Assembly (NCBI GenBank): GCA_951406725.2
Contig: OX597814.1
Coordinates: forward strand, 174,592,001-174,656,000
Direction: 5' to 3'
Length of the DNA stretch: 64,000 nt
From: Octopus vulgaris
Lineage: Eukaryota
Shown: piece by piece, positions 1 to 10,144 of the stretch
Numbering within the stretch: position 1 is the first letter of the stretch
Layout of the letters: each line of letters starts with the position of its first letter
Notes under the pieces: model-generated
Databases searched by the model: none
What the model saw: the letters and a program-made list of their open reading frames with translations, nothing else
What the model was told of the DNA's origin: nothing
Made by a program: the position numbers and the translations under genes

Positions 1-73
1 AAGGTCAGGACTCAGTGTTAAGCTTGGTACAATGATTATATAGTTTACATGAGAATAATGTAAAAAGCATTGA

Positions 74-331
74 TGCTGGTTCCACATAAAAAACACTGGT
101 GCTAGTTTCACATAAAAAGTGCTGGTGCCACGCAAAATGTACTGGTGCTGGTGCCACATAAAAGCACTGGTGATGGTGCCACGTACAAAGCACCCAGTAC
201 ACTGAGGTTGTTGGGATTAGGAAGGACATCCCAGCTGTAGAAACCAGGCCAAAATAGACTGTAGAACTTGCTAGTTTCTATCAAGCCATCCAAGCCAAGA
301 CAGCATGGAAAACGGATATTAAATGATGATG
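74..331 (+). mobile_element. Old RTE-LINE-type 3' end fragment with ~5 short tandem units
   Basis: Repeats of TGCTGGTGCCACATAAAAAGCAC, then TTAGGAAGGACATCCCAGCTGTAGAAAC...GCATGGAAAACGGATATTAAATGATGATG, homologous to the LINE 3' end at 48120-48300. Confidence 0.8.
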
Positions 332-1032
332 TTTTACTAATTCATAGTTTCACTAGTGCCTGCTATAGACATTAGAGAATGATGGTCTCTGTGAAGTATC
401 TACTGTTGTTGACTTTTGTAGGCACCATGACTCAAGACCCATTAATTATAGGATTTGTATGACGCTATTCCATTATTGTCTTTCATAACTAATTGTACCT
501 CCAGTTGCTACCCTTCAGCAGAATTCTGTGGTCATTGAGATTGATATCCACGTCCACTTTTTTTTAAAGCTCCAGTAGCATTAAGAAAACCCATTTGGGA
601 TTCATAGCTGTAATCTCTTTGTTGAAAGCTTGAGGGATGCCAGTTATTGAATTGGCCCCTGTACTTGACTGATACATATTCTGTCCTAGTGACCCAATGT
701 ATATAGGACTTTCTCATCTGTCACAAAACTTAGTTCTTAACTGTTCTGCCAAAGTTAAAACATGGGAACTTGGATAACTAAATTGTTCCACTTAAAACTT
801 CAATCCTGTTCTTAGCTTTTATACTTGTTTAAATGTCCAATCAAATACAATTGTCATATGAAGTACTCTGATTACATGATTATCGAATATTCTTTGAACT
901 AATGATCATATGTCAAGAGTTTAAACTTTGCTTCATGTATTTTGTGCACATAACAGTACATAATTCTGCTTGCTTTGGTTTTACTGCTTGCCTAAGAAAA
1001 CCAGTTTTACAAAAGAACGAATTAAATAATCT

Positions 1033-1240
1033 TTTCTACTATAGGCACAAGGCCTGAAATTTGCAGGAGGGGGACTAGTAGATTACAACGACCTCAGTGT
1101 TTCATTAGTACTTAATTTATCAACCCCGAAGGATGAAAGGCAAAGTTGACCTGGCGGAATTTGAACTCAGAACACAGCAACAGGCGAAATACTAAACATT
1201 TCGTCCAGTATACTAACAATTCTGCCGGCTCGCCACCTTA
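1033..1240 (-). mobile_element. tRNA-derived SINE, family A variant
   Basis: Reverse complement carries the B-box-like GAGTTCAAATTCCGCC and the CTTTGCCTTTCATCC core shared with 33297-33531. Confidence 0.75.
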
Positions 1241-1844
1241 GGAACATATTTAATAATGTTGTCTGTAGTATGTGCTACATCTAAATAAAAATAACAATAA
1301 AATAAGAAAAGAAGGATAGTTGTAACTGGAATATTTTATATTATAGGTTAGTGGGCTCAGGTATAACCTAAATCTAAATAACTTTATGGTTGTGAAATGG
1401 GCATAAGAAAAAAGTAGTATTTGAGTTATCAAAAATATTGTCCTCCCTGACTTTAGAGTTGGGTGGAAATAACTTTTCAGGAAGTTGTCTGGTAAAAGTT
1501 TTAAATCTTGGTTGAGGTTTTATTTGTTTTAATTTCATTCTTAAATTCATAATGGCAGAATAGTTAGAGCTTCAGACCAAATGCCTTGTAGTATTTAATT
1601 GTGTATCTTTATATTATGAGTTCAAATACTGCTGAGATCAACTTTGACTCTCTTCCTTCTGAGGGTCAGTATTAGATTAATCTAATCAATATCCTCTCTC
1701 CAAATATATGTGGAATTATGTCCAACGTTAGGAATCAATTTTCTTGAATTGTTTAGACAGTTACTATCAGTATTCACTCACTCACTCACTCACTCTCTCT
1801 CTCTCTCTCACTCTCTCGCTCTCACTCTCTCTCTCATACTCACA

Positions 1845-1878
<34 letters not shown>

Positions 1879-1914
1879 TATGACACTTGATTTCAAATGA
1901 AGACACTATTTGAA

Positions 1915-2228
1915 ACTTAATAATTCCGCTGAGGTCGATAAAATAAATACCAGCTGAGTACTGAGATCGATGTAATCAACTATCCCCCTCCCCCAAATTT
2001 CAGGCCTTGTGCCTATAATTGAAAGAATGATTATTATTGAGGTGGCAAGCTGGCAGAATTTATACCATGCCAGGCAAAATGCTGAATTCAAATGCCATTC
2101 AGGTTGACTTTGCCTTTCATCCTTTTGGGGCCAAACAAAGGACCATTTGAACACTGGGGTTGATGTAACAGACTTGTCCCCCTCCAAATATTTCAGGCTT
2201 TGTGCCTATAATAGAAAGAATTATTATT
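1915..2228 (+). mobile_element. Two tandem family A SINE copies
   Basis: Each ends TTTCAGGCYTTGTGCCTATAAT..AAAGAAT(TAT)n; the second starts GGTGGCAAGCTGGCAGAAT. Confidence 0.7.
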
Positions 2229-2475
2229 AAGATATTAGTGTGGCAAAATTGATAAAACTCTGAACAAAAGTTCTGTGCTGAATTTAGAAATCATTATTCT
2301 TCTCAGCATTCTCCTGTTGCTAAATAATGGATCTTTATATTTGCTAGTATTCCTAGCAATGTCTGTTGATTAATTAGTTGAATTTGAACCATGGTAATTT
2401 TGCACGTTTTATTTACTTGAAAGTTGCTATGTGCAAAAATTACTGTATAAATAAATGCAAGTCCAACTTTATTAA

Positions 2476-2839
2476 TCTCTATATATATATAAATGGCAAA
2501 ATGTCTGCGTGTGTGTCCTTTATACAAATCCACAATTTTCAGTTAGAGGGCTCGCACTTTCTATGGTCATTTAAAACCGTCCAAGGGTGGTTGTGCACAT
2601 CTTTACATTTCTCCAGTCACCCCGCAAAGCTATTAAAAAATCAATGGAAGTGATTTTTGGTGAATTTTCTATCCAAAACCCAATCAAAATGCCCAAAACT
2701 TGATACGCCAATTGAATGCCAGCTAGCTGTATGTGATTGGTCAGAGATTTGGACAGTACTCGCGTGTATGTGTGCACGCGCACAGCTGTATATGCATGTA
2801 CTAGCATTATGACCCAGCAACACCGGGTCATAGTGCTAG
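2476..2839 (+). mobile_element. Non-autonomous Helitron, family H1 copy 1
   Basis: 5' TC after host A, 3' CTAG before T, subterminal hairpin TGACCCAGCAACACCGGGTCA; closely similar copy at 29425-29790. Confidence 0.88.
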
Positions 2840-3200
2840 TCTATTATATAAAATCCATTCTGTCTGTGTGTGTGTGTCTTCTAGGATCTCGGGCATCCTC
2901 CATCCGATTGCACTCAAATTTGATATGTAGATACCGACAATATCAGGTCGTGTATAAGTCTTGAAAAAATTACAAAAATCGATTCGCGGTGAGAATGTGA
3001 TCGATAAAGCCATTTTTGACCTGCTTTTCTTCCGTCAACCTGTACATAACTGCACCTTCCCATTTTTTGTTGTTTTTGTACTGCATAAAGGCACGTTTCT
3101 TTCCTGCCAAGCTTACTGTTTAAACATGTTTGTGTTCTCCCAGCCTTATCATTACTGGTACTTTAAACTCTTCGGTTGCATATTTGTGTGAATAAAATCG
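2840..3200 (+). mobile_element. 5' part of a second Helitron-like element (3' end not found)
   Basis: Starts TCTATTATATAAAA...CTGTCTGTGTGTG...CCGATTGCACTCAAATTTG, same architecture as the 5' ends at 2476 and 17526. Confidence 0.55.
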
Positions 3201-4493
3201 TTTTTCTTTGGAATAGACAAAAAGTCTATTTTTATTTCTTTTTTTTGCTGTGTCTCAAATTTAGGTTAAATCTGTGTTTCTCAAAGGGGAGGCCTATGGG
3301 ATGGTCGGACAAGTTGTTCTGAGAAAATTTGGTTTAAATGTTTGACAACTCAGCACCGTCCATTGGATGGGGTGGGGGGTGTTGCTCATACATATATAAT
3401 GGCTGTCAACTATTCTTTTAAGAATATATTTTATACTGATAGGGATTGAGTGCATTTTCAGTTAATGTTTGAATGTCTTTATATATCTTCTTGAAGTTGC
3501 CACAACTTAGATGCATTTTACCATGTCATATCAAGTGTCTTTTCTCCTTTAACTTTGGTTGGTCTTCAGTTTCTTGAGGGTCTCTGTCAATAACATTAAC
3601 ATAGTTTAGTGGTCACTGCCCTCTATACGGGTGCAAAAAACTCCAAAATATAACTTCTGATATGGCCTGTTGTTTGGCACAATCACAGTTTATGTATCAT
3701 TAATTACACATAATACACATGCGCACACACATATATACACATATACTCACACAACATGCATTGTTGCCAAAGTATTTTAAATAGCCTCCTAATGACAAGG
3801 AGTGTTGGCAATTTACTTTGTTATTGTATATTACTCAGTGGGGAAGACAAAGTGTATTTGGTCAGTGAACAATGGTGCTGGTGTGGTCATAAAAAAAACA
3901 AACAAATAATGTTTCTGCATATATGTTTACCTAGGTCAGGCTAGTTGCACTAGCATTTTTAAGATGGTATTGTTGTTGACCCATTTGAATGTCTGTGGGT
4001 GGCCAGATATGTTGCTTGTACTGGAGCAGAATTGTTCACCTTGTATGCCTTACATGATTTTATAGCTTTGTATCTTAGTTTCATTGTTTAGAGAGTAACC
4101 TAGCTTGTGCTTTATAAGAATGATATTCAGAACATGACATACTTATATATATATATATATACACTTATGACTAGGTGCTATGGAAAGGCATTTGTGTGTC
4201 TGTGTGTGTTACTGCCAGAAACATGACTGTATGTCTCTATCAGTAATATGCACACACATACGCATGCAAACACACAAAACTACAACAAGGCATAAATAGG
4301 ATGAATTAGTCAAAATATGTAAATAATGTAAATAACTTAATGAGTTATTACTAAGCATAACATTTATGCTTGTCTACCCTAGAAACCGACAGCAATATAA
4401 CGACTACGAAAACAACACTACCACTGCTACAATTGCAACTTAGGCAAACAAAATTTTATAGGTTCATCTGACTCATTACAACAATGATAGAAT

Positions 4494-4614
4494 AAGCACT
4501 AGTAATAATAAGTTAGGGATCAAAGAAAGCACCAGTAATAAATTAAGGATCAAAGTAAGCACCAGTAATAAGTTAGGGATCAAAGTAAGCACCAACAATA
4601 AGCTAGGGGTGAAG
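4494..4614. repeat. Minisatellite, 4 x ~30 bp
   Basis: Unit TAAGCACCAGTAATAAGTTAGGGATCAAAG with variants. Confidence 0.9.
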
Positions 4615-4907
4615 TCTAGATTATAACTCCTAGCATACAAAACTGTCAGCTTCTAGAAAAAAAGGCCACTTTTCACTTTGAAAACATTCAGTGTGAAAAC
4701 CTGTTTTTAATACTTTGATAAATTTCCTTCAAGACAATATACTACAAGTACTTCCTCATATTTTTTTACACATTATATTATACACACCAGTAGTTTAATC
4801 TGAGGCTGCTTCAGGTATCAATACTAATCTAAAAGTAATTTTGTCATTATTAAACTGGTGCTTGGAACATAAAGAAGAGAAAGATAAATCACTATTGTCT
4901 CAGGTTC

Positions 4908-5037
4908 TATGATACAAAAATCTCTTATTTTATAGTACTCAAAGTTAAATGAAAACCTTCCATTTCTTACACAAAATTATGATGGAAGGTTTTAATATAG
5001 CTTTGAGTACTATGAAATTAGAGATTTTTGTACTATA
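4908..5037. repeat. Imperfect ~56-bp inverted repeat (fold-back)
   Basis: Arms 4908-4963 and 4982-5037 are largely complementary around an 18-nt loop. Confidence 0.85.
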
Positions 5038-5418
5038 AAATTATTAACTATCTTACAAACAATAACTCTGAGCACCTTTTCAAACTCCACCTGTCTAACA
5101 CCCATGGACATGTTTACAAAGTCAGAAAACAGCACAGCTCCCATGACTTTCGGAAACATTTTTTCACGCTAAGAGTTGCTGAAGCATGGAACATACTGCC
5201 GGCATCAGTTGTTAGTTGTCAGAGCACTGCATCCTTCAAAACTTCCATGCTTCCTGAGATTCGCCAACACTACACCTGATTTTCTCCCCTCCATACACAT
5301 GCAAGCATGTATCTGACTCATACACTGTTTGCCTTCCAGACATTTGTACATTACTGCATATACTTTATACGTACCTTTTGACAAGTTGTGGTGCACCTGA
5401 GCACTGTATACAATAATT

Positions 5419-5457
<39 letters not shown>
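5033..5457 (+). mobile_element. CR1-type LINE 3' fragment
   Basis: Encodes NTHGHVYKVRKQHSSHDFRKHFFTLRVAEAWNILPASVV..STASFK, typical CR1 ORF2 C-terminus; short 3' UTR and (TTA)n tail. Confidence 0.85.
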
Positions 5458-7577
5458 GAAGAAGAACTTGAGACAATCTAGAGCAGGTTGGTATGAAAAT
5501 GGTTTGTGATTTGTCCTTCTCTAACTGCCCATCTCCTCACAGCTATTAATTATAGTTTCACAATTTAGCCAATTCAATCCAATTTAATCCAATGTAATAG
5601 TCTACACCTTAATGTTGTGTTTATCTTGTTTGAAATGAAAACTAATGTTATTTGTACTTCTTATTCATAATAAAAAGATATTTGATAGTCTATATTGTTA
5701 TCAGTCATTAAGTTTGTTTAGATATTTATAACTGTTCTTGTCATGTAGTTTCATCATTCATTAAGGTCAAATTGTTAGACATGGTGTCATGAAATAAAAT
5801 TGTTTGCTCTGTTTATTTTACTTGTTGCTTATTCAAAGTAACACGTAGTTCATCAATTTATTATGATGTTAATTGTCATATTTGCTATTATCATCATGCA
5901 TTTTTATTTTCATATGTTGTGACCTATAAGCCACAACCAATTATTCCCTTTTATGTTTTTCTGCTTCTATCACTATCCATTTTCCTCTCTGTTTTACTAT
6001 TTATCTCTCTAGCTATCTATTTCTCTCAATTAAAAAAAAAAAAAATCTCTCCCTTTCTCCTATCATTCCATATATTAATTTTAACAAGTTCTAATTTTCT
6101 CCAATTTCTAATTCATAAAATACTTTTCTATGCTATCCTGATTTAGGACACAATTTATTTCTTTATATCCCTAAGAGAGAGTCACTATATCATCAGTTAC
6201 TCAACCAGTTAGGAGTAGCAACCAAATCTACCTCAAATATACTACTGTCTTAAAACAGGAGGTGCACATTGAATGGTGGGGTCTAGATACATTGTGTCTT
6301 AAAGAAATATGGAATGATCACAGATGAAATGCATTTGATCACATGTCTGTTTGACCAGGGTTGAAATGGTGCTAAACAACAAAAACATCAGCCCATCTAT
6401 TTGACTTAATTACTAAAAGACTAATTTAGCTAATTTGATGCCATTTCCCTTTTATCCTACCTTGACAACCCCATGTATTCTGTACTGCTTTCTCACAGCT
6501 CAATATTATGATAACTAATGAATCTGAGATGATAACTTTTCATGGCATTTCTTTCCACATTATCGTTATTCATCATGGAGGCAGGCTTAAAATTCGAAAT
6601 TTAATTTCTATTTTGCAAACTCCCCAAATTCACAGGGAACTCTAGTTGTTGCTTGCTCACTATCCTATAGGATCATTTATAGCACTCTCTTTATAGGGAG
6701 TGAGGAGTTTGTGATATTAGAACCTTTTACAAATCGTAACATTACTGACTTTTCCCCAATCATTTCAAAACTAAAATTTCTTGAAAATTAAATCCATATC
6801 TCTTGCCTAATCATCTTTGAAAAACTCTGCTTTAAAACTAAATGTGACTAATCATATCAAAGTCTGTTCCTTTTATAACCTTGAAATGCAATGATATTAT
6901 GAAGCAAATGGAAATCAGAATATGAACCAGAGATGACTAACATTAAGTGTTAAGTCATTGCTAATGTACTTAACTATTTGTTTTTCATGGTGATGGCATC
7001 TCTGGACAATCTCTCTGATACATTGTCTAATACAGGCACAAGGTACCTAGAGCATTCAGATGATATACAATCCTGTATGACTTCTTGTATGTCACACATA
7101 ATGCCTTTTTCCATAATCTTTAAGACTAAATCTTGAATTTTACTAATTTTGTTTTTGTATCCCATTTACTCTTGCTTTCTCTTAAGCATGTTCTATGATT
7201 TGTTTAGTGTAATACATATTGTAGCTGTACTATATTCATTATCATCATCATAACAGGTATCTATTGAATCCCGAGAGTCTCTCCTCTATAAAGATATAAA
7301 CTTTTTTTTGGTCCCCAACCACTTCTGATTTTTTACTGTATGTGTACTTGGAAGAAGTTATTTCACTATAATGATAATCTAGGCAAGATTTTGAACTCAG
7401 AACTCACATAACCTAAATAAATACTACAAGGCATCCCATCATACTAAAAATTTGCTGATACTTTATCAATCTCGAAAAGACAAAAGGTGAAGCTAACCTT
7501 GGTTAGATTTGAACTGTGCCAAAAGCCAGAACAAGACAATCTATTCAACACTCTGACTCTGCCAGTTCGCTAATACA

Positions 7578-7790
7578 CATCATCATTTGACATACACTTA
7601 TCCATACTTGCATGGGTTATATGGAATTTATGGTGGCAGATTTCCTATGGCTGGATGCTCTTCCTGTCACCAACACCCACCTGTTTACTAAGTAAGGTAA
7701 TATTTTCTCACAGCCAAATATGTTTTCCATGGAAAACTAGAAAAACCTCATTTGTCCTCATTGTGCTCATTTACAGCCATCATTTTGTGT
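7578..7790 (-). mobile_element. SINE-like element with RTE-type 3' tail (second copy ~29908-30110)
   Basis: CATCAT..TCCATACTTGCATGGGTT..GGCTGGATGCTCTTCCTG matches the RTE terminus but continues into unrelated sequence shared with 29908-30110. Confidence 0.6.
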
Positions 7791-8971
7791 TGAGAAAAGA
7801 TTACACACTCACACCACACACATACATACATGCGCACATACACATATACATTCACACACACATACACATATACATTCACATGCACACACACACATGCATA
7901 CACATACATGCGTGCACGTGCATACACACACACACACATACTCGTGTGTAGCAGGGCCTTCTGTCAGCTTCCGTCAACCAAATCCATCCACAAGGCTTTG
8001 GGGGCTATAGTAGAACGACACTTGTGTAAGGTGCCATGCAGTGGGACTGAACCCAAGATCGCGTGATTGAAAAAGCAAGCTTCTCAACCTCACAGCTACA
8101 TCTACACTATGTTAAAATGTCAGTTCAGAATTATCATACAAGTTATGATGAACAATGTCTCATAAAGCCTACTGTTTGCAAAAAGGTTGCCCACACCTGA
8201 TTTAATAAAGCTTGTTGTCGCTTTCATGTGGATAAGCTAGTTCTTCAAAACCCTCCCCCACTTTACCTAAATTCAGATATAAAACTCTTACTTGTCTAAC
8301 TTTCTCTATGCTTTGACTTTTCTCTTTTTCTTTATCGATGTGGCTTTGTCTAATTCTCTTTGCTTCACTTCCTTTCATCATCATCATCATCATCATTTAG
8401 CGTCCGCCTTCCATGCTAGCATGGGTTGGACGGTTCTACTGGGGTCTGTGAAGCTAGAAGGCTTCATCAGGCCCAGTCAAATCTGGCAGTATTTCTACGG
8501 CTGGATGCCTTTCCTAACGCCAACCACTCCGTGAGTGTAGTGGGTGCTTTTTACGTGCCACCCGCACTGGTGCCAGACAGAGCTGGCAAACGGCCACGAA
8601 CGGATGGTGCTTTTTATGTGCCACCGGCACGAGGGCCAGGCGAGGCTGGCAACGGACACGAAACGGGGCAGTGCTGGCAACGGTCGCGAAACGGAAAGTT
8701 CTCTTACATGCCACCGGCACTGGTAACACATCTGCAATTTCCATTGATCGATTTCGATTCTGATCCTCACTTGCCTCAACGGGTCTTCACAAGCAGAGTT
8801 TCGACATGCCACCGGCACTGGTAGCACATCCGCAATTTTCATTGATCGATTTCGATTCTGATCCTCACTTGCCTCAACACGTCTTCACAAGTAGAGTTTT
8901 GTGTCCCAAGAAGGGAAGGTATGCATACGTAGGCTGGCTCCATCCCATGTAGAAGGCCACGGGTTATGGAC

Positions 8972-10144
8972 TCACTTGTCCTGCCGGGTCTTCTCGCGCA
9001 CAGCACACTTCCAGAGGTCTCGGTCTCTAGTCATTTCCTCAGTGAGACCTAAAGTTCGAAGGTCGTGCTTCACCACCTCGTCCCAGGTTTTCCTGGGTCT
9101 GCCTCTTCCACAGGTTCCCTCAACTGCTAGGGTGTGGCACTTTTTCACACAACTATCTTCATCCATTCTCGCCACATGACCATACCAGTGCAAACGTCTC
9201 TCTTGCACACCACAACTGATGCTTCTTAGGTCCAGCTTTTCTCTCAAGGTACTTACACTCTGCCGAGTGTGAGTACTGGCATTACACATCCATCGGAGCA
9301 TACTGGCTTCATTTCTAGCGAGCTTACGCATATCCTCAGCAGTCACGGCCCATGTTTCACTGCCATGTAGCATGGCTGTTCGTACACACGCATCATACAG
9401 TCTGCCTTTCACTCTGTGCGAGAGGCCTTTTGTCACCAGCAGAGGTAAGAGCTCTCTGAACTTTGCCCAAGCTATTCTTACTCTAGCAGTTACACTTTCA
9501 GCGCACCTGCCCCCGCTGCTGACTTGGTCACCTAGGTAACGGAAACTATCAACTATTTCTAGTTTTTCTCCCTGGAAAGTGACGGAAGTTGGTCTCAGAG
9601 CATTTTCAGTGTTTATTGTTCCCGAGCATCTGCCACATACAAAAACCATCTTCCTAGTTAGCCTTCCTTTGACATTGCTGCATCTCTTATGTGTCCATAG
9701 CTTACACTTGGTGCATCTTATAGAGTTTCTACCTACACCTTTTCTACAGATCGAGCAGGGCCATCTACCTGAAGGTGTCTGTGATTTGTCTACCTTCCTA
9801 CTGATTACGACTTTGGTTTTAGCTAGATTGACTCTGAGGCCCTTCGATTCTAATCCTTGTTTCCACACCTGAAACTTCTCCTCCAGTTCTGATAGCGACT
9901 CAGCAATTAGAGCAAGGTCATCAGCATAGAGGAGCTCCCAAGGGCATCCTGTCTTGAATTCCTCCGTTATTGCCTGGAGGACTATGATAAATAGGAGGGG
10001 GCTGAGTACTGAGCCTTGGTGGACCCCTACCTCTACCCGGAATTCTTCACTGTACTCATTTCCAACCCTCACCATACTAGCGGCGTCCCTATACATGGCC
10101 CGCACAGCTCTCACTAACCATTCATCTATCCCTAGTTTCCTCAT
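8972..10144 (-). CDS. RTE ORF C-terminal part: RT catalytic core, PHD-type finger, RTE C-terminus
   Basis: GVHQGSVLSPLLF, LYADD, FRYLG, HGSETW, WYGHV, RGRPRKTW. Confidence 0.93.
   Translation of the reverse strand: MRKLGIDEWLVRAVRAMYRDAASMVRVGNEYSEEFRVEVGVHQGSVLSPLLFIIVLQAITEEFKTGCPWELLYADDLALIAESLSELEEKFQVWKQGLESKGLRVNLAKTKVVISRKVDKSQTPSGRWPCSICRKGVGRNSIRCTKCKLWTHKRCSNVKGRLTRKMVFVCGRCSGTINTENALRPTSVTFQGEKLEIVDSFRYLGDQVSSGGRCAESVTARVRIAWAKFRELLPLLVTKGLSHRVKGRLYDACVRTAMLHGSETWAVTAEDMRKLARNEASMLRWMCNASTHTRQSVSTLREKLDLRSISCGVQERRLHWYGHVARMDEDSCVKKCHTLAVEGTCGRGRPRKTWDEVVKHDLRTLGLTEEMTRDRDLWKCAVREKTRQDK

Noticed and set aside
8340-8376. Target-site duplication for LINE copy 1
   Set aside because: No convincing match of the left flank near 12560-12800; only TTCACTT is shared.
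8426-8842. Repetitive peptides (GAFYVPPA) from RTE 3' UTRs
   Set aside because: Frames shift between units and copies; explained by the nucleotide array.
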